From: Terriglobia bacterium
GTDB taxonomy: Bacteria; Acidobacteriota; Terriglobia; Acidiferrales; UBA7541
NCBI GenBank assembly: GCA_963695545.1
Contig: OY968796.1
Coordinates: forward strand, 2,496,001-2,560,000
DNA: 64,000 bases
Direction of reading: 5' to 3'
Shown here: positions 28,902 through 39,114 of the stretch, one piece after another
Numbering within the stretch: position 1 is the first letter of the stretch
How the letters are laid out: every line of letters begins with the position of its first letter
Program-made: the position numbers and the translations under genes
Notes under the pieces: generated by a model
Database searches by the model: none
Told to the model about the DNA's origin: nothing
The model's input: only the letters and a program-made list of their open reading frames with translations

Positions 28902-29234
28902 ATGAGCCGACGCTGCTGCTTGGCCTTGGACCTAAAGGACGATCCGCAGCTCATCGCGGAATACAAGAAACACCACCAGAAGGTCTGGCCGGAGATCCTC
29001 GAGAGCATCAAGGGTTCCGGCATTGAGAACATGGAGATCTACCTGCTCGGCACACGCATGTTCATGATTATGGACGTGAACGACGGTTTTTCGTTCGAAT
29101 CCAAGGGCGCCGCCGATCGTTCCAACCCTAAAGTCGTCGAATGGGAGCGCTTGATGTGGAAATTTCAGCAGCCGCTTCCGCAGGCCAAGCCTGGCGAGAA
29201 GTGGCTTCTGATGGAGCGCGTCTTTAAGCTCTAG
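28902..29234 (+). CDS. L-rhamnose/L-fucose mutarotase family protein
   Basis: 'LDLKDDPQLIAEYKKHH..VWPEI', 'MEIYLLG.RMFM', 'EKWLLMERVF'. Confidence 0.85.
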   Translation: MSRRCCLALDLKDDPQLIAEYKKHHQKVWPEILESIKGSGIENMEIYLLGTRMFMIMDVNDGFSFESKGAADRSNPKVVEWERLMWKFQQPLPQAKPGEKWLLMERVFKL

Positions 29235-29260
29235 CGGCCTTGTACCGGGAGGGCAAGCCG

Positions 29261-30706
29261 ATGCCATTCATCAATGAGGATTTTCTGCTAGGCACCAAGA
29301 AGGCGCAACGCTTGTACCACGATTTCGCCGAAGGCGAGCCCATCCTCGATTATCACAATCATCTTCCGCCGGAGGATATCGCCAGCGACCGGAAATTCAC
29401 GAATCTGTTCGAGATTTGGCTCGAGGGCGACCATTACAAATGGCGCGCGATGCGGGCCAACGGCGTATCCGAGCGCTACTGTACCGGCGATGCCACGCCG
29501 ATCGAAAAATTTCAGGCCTGGGCCCGCACCGTCCCGCACACCCTGCGCAATCCGCTCTATCACTGGACGCACCTCGAGCTTAAGCGCTATTTCGGCATCA
29601 ACGAACTTCTCGACGAGCGCAACGCGCAAAAAGTGTGGGATCGCGCGGGCGAAATACTTGCGAGCGGGGAATTGACGGCGCGGCGTATCCTGCGGCGCTT
29701 TCGCGTACAGGCGCTCTGCACCACCGACGACCCGTGCAGCGATCTCGCCGCGCACAAGGAGATCGCGCGAACTGAATCGGCTTTCCGTGTGTACCCGGCG
29801 TTTCGCCCCGACAAAGCGCTGATCGTGCACTCGCCCGAGCCGTTCAACGCCTGGGTGGATCGCCTGGCCGCCGTGAGCAACGTGCACGTCGCGTCTCTCA
29901 ACGATTTTCTGCGCGCCATCGAGCTGCGTCACGATTATTTCCACGCCGCGGGCGGGCGCCTTTCCGATCACGGCTTGGACACCTGCTTTTCCGATTTCCC
30001 CGCGGAAGCCGAAGCCGCGCGCATTTTCGATCGCGCGCGCGCGGGGCACGCGGCCACGCCGGAAGAATATCGCCAGTTCGCTTCCTTCATGATGCTCTAC
30101 TTCGGCCGGCTGGACGCGGAAAAGGGCTGGACCAAGCAGTTGCATCTGGGCGCGCTGCGCAACGCCAGCACGCGCGGCGTGCGTTTGGTCGGGCCGGATT
30201 CGGGTTTCGATTCCATCGGCGATTGGGAGCAGGCCCGCTCGCTGTGCTTGTATCTCGATCGGCTGGACACTGAGAACGCGCTGCCCAAAATGGTCGTCTA
30301 CAATTTGAATCCTGCGGACAATTATGTGTTCGCAACCGCCATGGGGAATTTCCAGGACGGCTCGATCGCGGGGAAAATGCAGTTCGGCAGCGGCTGGTGG
30401 TATCTCGATCAGAAGGAAGCCATCGAATGGCAGCTGAATGCGGTGTCCAATGTCGGATTGCTTTCGCGTTTCGTCGGCATGCTCACGGATTCGCGGTCCT
30501 TCATGTCGTTCCCGCGCCATGAATATTTTCGACGCGTGTTGTGCAATCTGATCGGCCGCGACGTCGAGGCCGGCGAATTGCCTGACGACGATTCGCTGCT
30601 CGGGCCGATGATCCGCAACATCTGTTTCGGCAACGCCCGGGATTATCTGGGTCTCGAATTGCCCAGCGCTGCCGCGGTGCGCGGAGAAAAAGTCGGAGTT
30701 CGCTAG
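29261..30706 (+). CDS. uxaC: Uronate (glucuronate/galacturonate) isomerase
   Basis: 'FINEDFLL', 'DYHNHL', 'GDHYKWRAMR', 'NPLYHWTHLEL', 'GSGWW', 'GMLTDSRSFMSFPRHEYFRR'. Confidence 0.96.
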   Translation: MPFINEDFLLGTKKAQRLYHDFAEGEPILDYHNHLPPEDIASDRKFTNLFEIWLEGDHYKWRAMRANGVSERYCTGDATPIEKFQAWARTVPHTLRNPLYHWTHLELKRYFGINELLDERNAQKVWDRAGEILASGELTARRILRRFRVQALCTTDDPCSDLAAHKEIARTESAFRVYPAFRPDKALIVHSPEPFNAWVDRLAAVSNVHVASLNDFLRAIELRHDYFHAAGGRLSDHGLDTCFSDFPAEAEAARIFDRARAGHAATPEEYRQFASFMMLYFGRLDAEKGWTKQLHLGALRNASTRGVRLVGPDSGFDSIGDWEQARSLCLYLDRLDTENALPKMVVYNLNPADNYVFATAMGNFQDGSIAGKMQFGSGWWYLDQKEAIEWQLNAVSNVGLLSRFVGMLTDSRSFMSFPRHEYFRRVLCNLIGRDVEAGELPDDDSLLGPMIRNICFGNARDYLGLELPSAAAVRGEKVGVR

Positions 30707-30797
30707 CGCAGTCAATTGCCGAAAAGGACCAGGCGAGCGGGCTCGACCAGCGGTAGAACAGCAATCCATTTCTTCAATTTCTTCAACGGAGGTTTTC

Positions 30798-31283
30798 GTG
30801 CAAATCTCACGGCGTGATCTGTGTGTGCTTCTGCCCGGCGCGATTTTGCCGGCGGCGCTTTTTGTCGAATCACTCGCGGCACAAAATACCGCGCCCGCCG
30901 CCTCTGAGGCGCAACCTCCCTCCGCGCCACCGGAGCCGATTGCTTCAGGCGCTTATCCGTTCGACCAAATGCCGGTCACCAAGGGGCCGGCGTCCGAAGC
31001 CCACCACGTTTTCGCGGGTAAGATCGCCACGGGCGAGCTGGTCGAGGTTCACGAATCGATTCTCCCGCCCGGCGGTTCTCCCCACCCGCCCCACCATCAT
31101 CTGCACAGCGAAATGTGGCTGGTGCGTGAAGGCTCGATCGAATTCACGGTGGATGGCAATGTCTACGATATCGGTCCCGGCTCGGCGGGATTCGCGGCTT
31201 CGATGACGGAGCATGGCGTCAAGAATGTGGGCGCTGTTCCGGCAATTTATTTCGTTGTGGCCATCGGACCCGGCGCGGTCTGA
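30798..31283 (+). CDS. Cupin domain protein, Tat signal
   Basis: 'SRRDL' Tat motif; cupin motifs 'HPPHHHLHSEMWLVREG' and 'HGVKN'. Confidence 0.82.
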   Translation: MQISRRDLCVLLPGAILPAALFVESLAAQNTAPAASEAQPPSAPPEPIASGAYPFDQMPVTKGPASEAHHVFAGKIATGELVEVHESILPPGGSPHPPHHHLHSEMWLVREGSIEFTVDGNVYDIGPGSAGFAASMTEHGVKNVGAVPAIYFVVAIGPGAV

Positions 31284-31333
31284 ACGAAGGTTTCGCCACC
31301 ACGATTCCTCGCGGCCAACTAGGAGAACCGGCT

Positions 31334-32560
31334 GTGAATCGCAGAGAATTTTTCGGCAAGGCCGCGGGAAGCCTCGCAGCGGTTTCGGCAATCGCTTCCG
31401 CGGCCAAGGCGCGGCCCGTCGCGCCATCCGACACAATCAATGTGGGAATCATCGGTCCCGGCGCGCGCGGTCAGGATCTCATGCGCAATTTTCTGCTCGT
31501 ACCGGGCGTGCGCTTCTCCGCTCTGTGCGACATTTACGAACCGCGCTTCGCGCAGGCGCGCAAAGTCACGGGCGAGGAAACGCCGGCAGTCCACGACTAT
31601 CGCGAATTGCTCGATCGAAAAGATGTGGACGCCGTAGTCGTCGCGACGCCGCTCGGCCTGCACGAAGAGCACGTTATGGCAGTGCTCGAAAGCGCGCGGC
31701 CGGTGTACAGCGAAAAGGACATGGCGCTGTCGCTCGAAGGTTGCGATCGCTTGTACGCCGCGGTGAAGCGCACCAAGCAGACCTATCAATTCGGCACGCA
31801 ATATCATTTCGCGCCCTGGTTTCAAGAGGCCGTCACGCGAATCAAGGCCGGCAAGATCGGCCAGGTCACGCAGATTTATTCCTACTGGCATCGCGACAAC
31901 GATTGGCGCCGCCCGGTTCCCGATCCGAACGATGCGAAACTCGAACATCTGATCAATTGGCGGATGTATCGCGATATGTCCGGCGGCATTCTTGCCGAAT
32001 TCGGCACGCACATGATTCAGTGGTCGAATGAAATTTTCGGCGCCATGCCGGTTTCGGTCGCGGGTTCCGGAGGGATCGATTATTGGAAAGACGGCCGCGA
32101 GCTTCCGGACAACGTGCAAGTGGCCTATCGCTATCCGGGCGGCCAGACGCTGAACTTCAGCGCAAGCTTGATGAATTCCTACCATGGCATGCACGCCGCG
32201 ATGTGCGGCACCGGCGGCACCATCGTGCTCACGCAGGTCGGCGGCGCGCAATATTTGGAGCCAGAGCCGCCGGTGAGAGGCGAAGCGCCGCTGCCGCCCG
32301 GCGTCGTTGCCGGCGCCAATTACAAACCCGAAATTCCCTACGCCGGCCCCGGCGAAAACTTTGCGGTGCCCGAGGGCCTGGAAGCCAACGTCGATTTCCT
32401 GGCCGTCCGCTCGTTCATCGATTGTCTCCGCAACAACAAGCGCCCGGAAGTGGATGAGGCGGTTGGCTGGACGTCCGGCATCACCGTCGCCCTGGGCAAT
32501 CAGGCCATCGACAAGAAAATGTTCGTGGAATTCGGCCCGCGGGCGCACTTGCCCGCGTAA
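31334..32560 (+). CDS. Gfo/Idh/MocA family oxidoreductase, Tat signal
   Basis: 'NRREFF' Tat motif; 'VGIIGPGARG', 'DAVVVATP', 'YSEK', 'NWRMY...SGG'. Confidence 0.88.
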   Translation: MNRREFFGKAAGSLAAVSAIASAAKARPVAPSDTINVGIIGPGARGQDLMRNFLLVPGVRFSALCDIYEPRFAQARKVTGEETPAVHDYRELLDRKDVDAVVVATPLGLHEEHVMAVLESARPVYSEKDMALSLEGCDRLYAAVKRTKQTYQFGTQYHFAPWFQEAVTRIKAGKIGQVTQIYSYWHRDNDWRRPVPDPNDAKLEHLINWRMYRDMSGGILAEFGTHMIQWSNEIFGAMPVSVAGSGGIDYWKDGRELPDNVQVAYRYPGGQTLNFSASLMNSYHGMHAAMCGTGGTIVLTQVGGAQYLEPEPPVRGEAPLPPGVVAGANYKPEIPYAGPGENFAVPEGLEANVDFLAVRSFIDCLRNNKRPEVDEAVGWTSGITVALGNQAIDKKMFVEFGPRAHLPA

Positions 32561-32704
32561 TCGGTTCGCGCGATCACGCTGCAGGTGCCCGCGGGGTCGT
32601 AACCCGCAGTCAAATATCGTAGAATCCTCGCGCCGTCAGATTCTTCCGGTGGCGGCATCCGGGCGCTCGGCAGTTTTTGATCGAAGCCGTACGGGGAGTC
32701 CAAA

Positions 32705-34147
32705 GTGGCAGTGCCGTCTTCACCTTCCTCTTCGTCGCAGGAAGAAGCTGGCGCGACCTCGTCGGTTTCGCGCGCCGCACCGGGCGGCATCGTCCGCCCG
32801 CTCACGAGCCACTTCCGCTGGGTCATCTGCGTCCTGTTGCTCTTCGCCACCACGAAGAGCTATATGGACCGCAACGTCCTCTCCAGCTTAAAGCACACAC
32901 TGCAGCCCATCCTCGGTTGGAACGACATTGATTACGGCCATATGGTCGCGGCCTTCCAGCTCCTTTACGCGTTCGGCATGCTCGCCGCCGGCCGCATGGT
33001 CGATCGTCTGGGGACGCGCAAGGCCTTCGCCATCTTCATGTTCTTTTGGAGTCTCGCCGCGATGTGTTACGGTGTCGCCCCCGCGATCGCCGTCTTTGTG
33101 GCGCCGGCTTTCACTTTTCTCCACGGTCTCTGGAGTTATTTCCCGGCGGCTCACGGCACCGTTGCCGGATTCATCGTTGTCGGCGCAGCGATGGGACTGG
33201 GCCAATCGGGATTGTTCCCCGCGAGCATCAAAGCCGTGGCGGAATGGTTTCCCAAGAAAGAGCGGGCGCTCGCCACGGGAATATTCAACGCCGGCACGAA
33301 TCTCGGCGCCGCTCTCACGCCGTTCATCGTTGCCATCATTACAATCCATTTCAAACTTCCATGGCCGTGGGCGTTTTTCATCGTCGGTGGCTCGGGATTC
33401 ATCTGGCTGATTTTTTGGCTCGCCACGTACCGCCTCCCGCAGGAGCACCCGAGGGTTTCCAAATCCGAGCTCGCCTACATCCTTTCCGATCCGCAGGACA
33501 CCGCGCCGAAAACGAAAGTTAGTTTGTCCATCCTTTTGCCGCACCGCCAGACGTGGGCCTTTATTGTGGGCAAGCTTTGCATTGATCCGATCTGGTGGTT
33601 TTGGCTTTTCTGGGCGCCCGACCTGTTCCAACGCCGTTTCGGCATGTCACTCGAGCAGATTGTGGCCCCGATCTTCATCATCTATCTCGTTTCGGATGTA
33701 GGCAGCGTTCTCGGCGGCGGACTCTCTTCGTACCTGATCGCGCGCGGAACTTCCGTAAATGTTGCGCGCAAGACGGTCATGCTGATCTGCTCGATTGCCG
33801 TCTTTCCCGTGATGTTTGCGGTGCGCAGCAATCACGTTTGGATCGCGGTGGCGCTCATCAGCGTCGCCGCCGCCGCGCACCAGGCTTTTTCCGCGAATCT
33901 TTTCACGCTGCCTTCGGACATGTTCCCCAACCGCGCCGTGGGTTCGGTGGTTGGCCTTGGAGGCGCCGCCGGCGGCATCGGCGGTTTCATCATCGCCAAC
34001 ACCGTGGGACACGTGCTCCAGCGCACGGGCACTTACGGAATCCCGTTATTCATCGCGGGCATTGCGTATTTAATTGCTCTCGCTTTCATTCAGATCCTCG
34101 CGCCTCGGATGAAGCCGGTTTCACTGGGCGGCGCGACTCAAGCATAA
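32705..34147 (+). CDS. Hexuronate transporter-like MFS permease (ExuT family)
   Basis: 'RWVIC.LL..AT..SYMDR', 'EWFPKKERALATGIFNAG', 'DPIWWFWLFW.P', 'AAAHQAFSAN'. Confidence 0.88.
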   Translation: MAVPSSPSSSSQEEAGATSSVSRAAPGGIVRPLTSHFRWVICVLLLFATTKSYMDRNVLSSLKHTLQPILGWNDIDYGHMVAAFQLLYAFGMLAAGRMVDRLGTRKAFAIFMFFWSLAAMCYGVAPAIAVFVAPAFTFLHGLWSYFPAAHGTVAGFIVVGAAMGLGQSGLFPASIKAVAEWFPKKERALATGIFNAGTNLGAALTPFIVAIITIHFKLPWPWAFFIVGGSGFIWLIFWLATYRLPQEHPRVSKSELAYILSDPQDTAPKTKVSLSILLPHRQTWAFIVGKLCIDPIWWFWLFWAPDLFQRRFGMSLEQIVAPIFIIYLVSDVGSVLGGGLSSYLIARGTSVNVARKTVMLICSIAVFPVMFAVRSNHVWIAVALISVAAAAHQAFSANLFTLPSDMFPNRAVGSVVGLGGAAGGIGGFIIANTVGHVLQRTGTYGIPLFIAGIAYLIALAFIQILAPRMKPVSLGGATQA

Positions 34148-34229
34148 TGTTGAGTCGCGCGGCGCGATTCTCACTTTCGAGGGCCCATCCGCCAGCGAGC
34201 CGTTCGCAAAAAATCGCCAGGGAGATTTC

Positions 34230-35324
34230 ATGGCTTTAAAGATCAGACCGAAACAGGAAGTTCGCTGGGACATGATCGCGCTGGGCGAAATCATGCTGCG
34301 TTTCGATCCCGGCGACCAGCGCATCTGGACGACGCGCAAGTTCGACGTGTACGAAGGCGGCGGCGAATACAATGTTGCGCGCGGCCTCAAGCGCTGTTTC
34401 GGCCTTGATACAGCCGTGGTGACTGCGTTCGCTGACAATCCGGTCGGCCGGCTGCTGCAAGATTTGGTTTATCAGGGCGGCGTGGACCAATCCATGATTC
34501 GATGGGTGCCCTATGATGGCGTGGGGCGCACCGTGCGCAACGGCTTGAATTTCACCGAGCGCGGCTTCGGCGTGCGCGCGGCGCTCGGCGCTTCCGACCG
34601 CGGGCACACCGCGATTTCGCAGATGAAAGCCGGCGACGTCGATTGGGATCACGTGTTCGGCAAAATCGGCGCGCGCTGGTTCCACACCGGCGGAATTTTC
34701 TGCGCGCTTTCGGAATCGACCATCGAAGTCGCGCTGGAAGCCGTGCAAGCGGCGCGGCGTTACGGCACGATCGTCTCCTACGATTTAAATTATCGCGAAT
34801 CGCTGTGGGCATCGATCGGCGGAAAAAAACGCGCGCAGGAAGTGAACCGCCGCATCGCCCCGTTCATTGATGTCGCGCTCGGCAACGAAGAGGATTTTTC
34901 CGCCGCTCTCGGTTATGCCGTGCCCGGCGTCGACGAGAGTCTCACCGAACTCAACGTCGAAGGTTTCGAGAAAATGATCCAAAACGTGGTGAAGGATTTT
35001 CCGTTCCAGGTTGTCGCCACCACGCTGCGCCAGGCCAAAACCGCCTCGTTCAACGATTGGGGCGCGATCTGCTACCACGACGGAACGTTCTATCAGGCGC
35101 CGCGCCGCGATAATCTTCAGATTTTCGACCGCGTCGGCGGCGGCGATTCGTTTGCCGCCGGCCTCATCTACGGCTTTCTCACGGACAAGGGCGCGCAGTG
35201 GGCTGTCGAATGCGGCGCCGCGCATGGCGCGCTTGCGATGACCACGCCGGGCGATACGACCACAGCCACTTTGAAGGAAGTTCTGCAGGTGATGAAAGGC
35301 GGCGGCGCGCGCATCGCGCGTTGA
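34230..35324 (+). CDS. kdgK: 2-keto-3-deoxygluconate kinase (PfkB family)
   Basis: 'LGEIMLR', 'GGGEYNVA', 'DLNYR', 'GNEED', 'DRVGGGDSF'; lies beside eda and uxaC. Confidence 0.9.
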   Translation: MALKIRPKQEVRWDMIALGEIMLRFDPGDQRIWTTRKFDVYEGGGEYNVARGLKRCFGLDTAVVTAFADNPVGRLLQDLVYQGGVDQSMIRWVPYDGVGRTVRNGLNFTERGFGVRAALGASDRGHTAISQMKAGDVDWDHVFGKIGARWFHTGGIFCALSESTIEVALEAVQAARRYGTIVSYDLNYRESLWASIGGKKRAQEVNRRIAPFIDVALGNEEDFSAALGYAVPGVDESLTELNVEGFEKMIQNVVKDFPFQVVATTLRQAKTASFNDWGAICYHDGTFYQAPRRDNLQIFDRVGGGDSFAAGLIYGFLTDKGAQWAVECGAAHGALAMTTPGDTTTATLKEVLQVMKGGGARIAR

Positions 35325-35398
35325 CCACGCGCCGGATTCGCGCAAAACGCGCCGAACGCGCTCAGCAGGCAACGACGAGACGGGAGCAAGCCATCTAA

Positions 35399-36061
35399 AT
35401 GAACAGGGAAGAAATCAAAAAGCGCATCATAGAAATTGGCGTCCTCCCCGTGGTACGAGCGTCTTCCTCGCATGAAGCGAAGCTCGCGGTCGAAGCAGTC
35501 TGCGAAGGCGGAATTTCCGTCGTCGAAATTACCATGACCGTCCCCGGCGCCGTCGAAATCATCCACGAACTCTCGAAGTCCCGCGGTTCCGACGTGCTGA
35601 TCGGCGCCGGCACCGTTCTCGATGCTGAGGCCGCGCGCCGCTGTCTCGACGCCGGCGCGCAATTCATCGTCAGTCCGGGCCTCGATCTTCCCACGCTTGA
35701 ACTCGTGCTCGCAGAGGGCAAAGTCATGATGCCCGGCGCGCTTTCGCCCACCGAGGTCATCACCGCCTGGAAAGCGGGTGCGGATTTCGTGAAGGTGTAT
35801 CCGTGCGGAAATGTCGGCGGCGCAAAGTACATCAAAGCGCTGAAAGGCCCCTTGCCGCAAATTCCGTTGGTTCCGACCGGCGGCGTGAATCTGGAAACCG
35901 CGGCGGACTTTATTCTGGCGGGTTCCGAAGCGCTCGGCGTTGGCGGCGAACTTGTGCAGCCGGCCGCGCTCAAGGCCGGCAAGCCCGAAGTGATCACCGA
36001 GGCCGCGCGAAAGTTCGTTGAAATTGTGCAGCAGGCGCGCGCCAGCCGCGAATCGCGATAA
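35399..36061 (+). CDS. eda: KDPG/KHG aldolase
   Basis: 'VEITMT', 'IGAGTVL', 'FIVSP', 'PGALSPTE', 'VKVYP', 'PTGGV'. Confidence 0.93.
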   Translation: MNREEIKKRIIEIGVLPVVRASSSHEAKLAVEAVCEGGISVVEITMTVPGAVEIIHELSKSRGSDVLIGAGTVLDAEAARRCLDAGAQFIVSPGLDLPTLELVLAEGKVMMPGALSPTEVITAWKAGADFVKVYPCGNVGGAKYIKALKGPLPQIPLVPTGGVNLETAADFILAGSEALGVGGELVQPAALKAGKPEVITEAARKFVEIVQQARASRESR

Positions 36062-36072
36062 GCTCGCGTCGC

Positions 36073-36849
36073 TTACTGGTTCACGCCGCTCGCGAGGAAA
36101 CCGCCGTCGATGGCCAGCGTTTGTCCGGTGATGAAGCTCGCGGAGTCCGATGCCAGGAACACCACGGCTCCGACGTTTTCGTCGAGTCGCCCGAAACGCT
36201 TCATCGGCGTGCGCATCAAGAGTTCCTTGCCGCGTCCCGTGCCGTCGAGGAGCGCCGCGTTCAGATCGGTTCGGAACACGCCGGGCGCGATGGCATTCAC
36301 GGTGACGCCGTACGGCGCCCATTCCACCGCGAGCGCCCGCGTCAGCCCGCCAACCGCCGCTTTGCTTGTGCCGTAGGCGGCGACTTCGAGGAACGCGGCA
36401 AACGCAGTAAGCGATGAAACGTTCACGATGCGCCCATATTTCCGTTCGATCATGTGCCGGCCGAAGACGCGGCAGGAACGCAGCGTCCCGGTCAGATTGG
36501 TGTCCAGGATGCGGTTCCATTCGTCCTCAGGGACGTCGAGCGTGGGCGCGCGTTTGATGATTCCCGCGCAATTCACCAGAATCTCCACGCTGCCGAACGC
36601 GCCCAGCACGGCGTCGCGCAGCGCTTCGATGCTCGCCGTGCTGCCGACGTCGGTCGAGATCGCAAGCGTGCGCCGGCCCAGCGCTTCCACCGCTTTCGCT
36701 GCAGCCGCTACTTCCGCCACGCGGCGTCCCGTCGGCACCACGTTGGCGCCGGCTTCGGCCAGACCTACCGTGAGCGCAAGTCCGATGCCGGAAGTTCCGC
36801 CCACCACCACCGCCGTCTTCCCTGTAAGATCGAGTTTTGGATGGCCCAT
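36073..36849 (-). CDS. SDR oxidoreductase (UxuB/KduD-like, possible fructuronate reductase)
   Basis: GGAG RBS before ATG 36849; 'VGGTSGIG', 'YGTSKAA', 'NAIAPGVF.T.LN', 'RTPMKRFG', 'DGGFLASG'. Confidence 0.87.
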   Translation of the reverse strand: MGHPKLDLTGKTAVVVGGTSGIGLALTVGLAEAGANVVPTGRRVAEVAAAAKAVEALGRRTLAISTDVGSTASIEALRDAVLGAFGSVEILVNCAGIIKRAPTLDVPEDEWNRILDTNLTGTLRSCRVFGRHMIERKYGRIVNVSSLTAFAAFLEVAAYGTSKAAVGGLTRALAVEWAPYGVTVNAIAPGVFRTDLNAALLDGTGRGKELLMRTPMKRFGRLDENVGAVVFLASDSASFITGQTLAIDGGFLASGVNQ

Positions 36850-36948
36850 CAATTCTCCTTTTGTCCGTCCGCCGTTGCGGACGCCCCTCACCGGGGTTCT
36901 GGCGCGCACGCGCGAATTTAAATCTGGGAGTAACAGGTCGAACTGAAA

Positions 36949-38157
36949 ATGAAAATTGTCGACGCGAAAGTGATCGTTTGCAGCCCCGGCCGAAACTTTG
37001 TCACGCTCAAGATTGTAACCCAGGATGGCGTCTACGGCTTGGGTGACGCCACGCTCAACGGCCGCGAGCTCGCCGTGGCCGCCTATCTCCAGGAATACGT
37101 CTGTCCTCTGCTGATCGGCCGCGATGCCCGGCGCATCGAGGACACTTGGCAATATCTTTACAAAGGCGCCTACTGGCGTCGCGGCCCCGTAACCATGGCC
37201 GCCATCGGCTCCGTGGATACCGCGCTCTGGGACATCAAGGCAAAAAGTTTGAACGTGCCGCTCTATCAGTTGCTCGGCGGCGCGTCGCGCGATTACGTCC
37301 TGGTCTACGGCCACGCGAACGGCGCCGACATCGAAAAGACCGTCGAAGCCGTGGCCGAATACATCAAGCTCGGATACAAGGCCATTCGCGCGCAATCCGG
37401 AATTCCAGGCGTGGCCAGCACCTACGGCGTGGGCAAAGGCAAAATGCAATATGAGCCCGCCGAAGAAGGCTTGCCCTCGGAAAGCAGTTGGGACACGGAC
37501 AAATATCTAAACTTCGCTCCGCAACTTTTCGCGCGCCTGCGCAAGGAATTTGGCGAAGACCTGCCCCTCTTGCACGACGCCCATCATCGCCTCACTCCCA
37601 TCGAGGCCGCGCGCCTCGGCAAGAGTCTCGAGCCCTATCATCTCTTCTGGCTCGAAGACGCCGTCCCCGCCGAATTGCAGGAGAGTTTTCGCTGGGTCCG
37701 CGCGCACACTACCACGCCGCTCGCCGTCGGCGAAATTTTTAACTCAATTTACGATTGCGAGCAGCTCATCAGGGAGCAATGGATCGATTACATCCGCATG
37801 GCCGTCGTGCACGGCGGCGGCATCACGCCGCTTCGCAAGGTCGCCAACCTCGCCGAAATTTATCACGTGCGCACCGGCTGCCACGGCGCCACGGACTTAA
37901 GTCCGGTGTGCCTAGGCGCCGCCCTGCATTTCGACCTCAGCGTTCATAATTTCGGCATTCAGGAATATATGCATCACTCCGAAGACACCAATCGAGTCTT
38001 CCCGCACGCCTACACGTTCTCCGAAGGCGTGATGCATCCCGGTGAAAAGCCCGGCTTGGGCGTGGACATCGACGAAACGCTGGCCGCGAAATTCCCCTAC
38101 CGCCGCGCCTATCTCCCCATCAACAGAAAACTCGACGGCACCATGCACAGTTGGTAG
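36949..38157 (+). CDS. manD: D-mannonate dehydratase (enolase superfamily, RspA/ManD)
   Basis: '[12 protein letters not shown]', 'GDATLNGRE', 'YWRRGPV', 'HDAHHRLTP', '[11 protein letters not shown]', 'NFGIQEYM'. Confidence 0.93.
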   Translation: MKIVDAKVIVCSPGRNFVTLKIVTQDGVYGLGDATLNGRELAVAAYLQEYVCPLLIGRDARRIEDTWQYLYKGAYWRRGPVTMAAIGSVDTALWDIKAKSLNVPLYQLLGGASRDYVLVYGHANGADIEKTVEAVAEYIKLGYKAIRAQSGIPGVASTYGVGKGKMQYEPAEEGLPSESSWDTDKYLNFAPQLFARLRKEFGEDLPLLHDAHHRLTPIEAARLGKSLEPYHLFWLEDAVPAELQESFRWVRAHTTTPLAVGEIFNSIYDCEQLIREQWIDYIRMAVVHGGGITPLRKVANLAEIYHVRTGCHGATDLSPVCLGAALHFDLSVHNFGIQEYMHHSEDTNRVFPHAYTFSEGVMHPGEKPGLGVDIDETLAAKFPYRRAYLPINRKLDGTMHSW

Positions 38158-38170
38158 CGCCGAGCGCCAG

Positions 38171-38833
38171 CTACTTAGTGCCGTAATGGTTGGTCACAGA
38201 CCCGCGCACCTGTTTTTGCAAGGCTACGATGTCCGCGCGATGGGGTTCAAGCAACTTCAAATCCTCGTGCTGGACAGCTTCTTCGTCGGCCCACTCCTTT
38301 TCCTGTTCCGCGCTGGCGCCCTCGACGCCGCCGTCGGCGCTGCAGCCCCCGCAAGACGCGGGGCCGATCAAGCCCTCGATCACATCGCGGATGGCCTCGT
38401 AGTGTTTCTGCTCGCCACGCTGCACTGCAATTTGATCGTCGAGTTGCCGGAGCTCCACGCCGCGGCGCAGAAGGCCGGATTGTTCAGGAGTCAGCACGCC
38501 GGTTAGTTTGCCGTCGTTCACTTGCCGAATTAAGTTCAGCGCCGCGCGGTCCCGGCCCGTCTCGTGCGTGATCTGGTCGGCCGCGGCTTTCATGACGTCG
38601 AGGTAAAGATCGATGTCCGCCTCGGTCAGCGGCGTCGTCCTAAGTGCGTTCGCAGCCGCCTGGTCGTTTCCGGAACCCGGCGCCGCCGCGGCTTGTGCTG
38701 GTGTGTTGCCCGCGCCATTTGTCGCGGGTTCGGGCGAATGGCCGCAGCCGCCCGCTAGCGCTGCGCACAGCGCCAGCCCAAGCACCGTCGAAGTCCTGGC
38801 CATTGCCCGGGCCAGCCTGCGCATATCGGTCAT
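38171..38833 (-). CDS. Hypothetical lipoprotein
   Basis: Basic N-region, hydrophobic stretch and lipobox 'LAGGC'; helical body with a CxxC; start uncertain. Confidence 0.65.
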   Translation of the reverse strand: MTDMRRLARAMARTSTVLGLALCAALAGGCGHSPEPATNGAGNTPAQAAAAPGSGNDQAAANALRTTPLTEADIDLYLDVMKAAADQITHETGRDRAALNLIRQVNDGKLTGVLTPEQSGLLRRGVELRQLDDQIAVQRGEQKHYEAIRDVIEGLIGPASCGGCSADGGVEGASAEQEKEWADEEAVQHEDLKLLEPHRADIVALQKQVRGSVTNHYGTK

Positions 38834-39114
38834 TTCAAGCGCCTCCCTCACTTCAGGAGGCTTCCGCATCTCGGGATGCCTCCATGGTCGGCATCCTACA
38901 CCGCAGCGGACGGGCTTGACTACGCGTTTCTAGCCTGCCCGAGGCGTGGCGCGTCGCTTCACGGCAGGTGCCGTATCATACTGAAACTAGGAATGATGCT
39001 CCCGTCGGGCCTCGTACTATGCCTGCTATGCCCCCAGGCACACCAAAATCGTACCTCTGAGCCATTCGCCTGCCCTTCTCCCGCCGCTAATCTCGACAAT
39101 GAAAGAGGGGGCTT

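Noticed and set aside
29288..30769. Long antisense ORFs (also 31319-32548, 21045-22337, 35168-36520 and others)
   Set aside because: Shadow frames of well-supported genes in high-GC DNA, with no recognisable motifs
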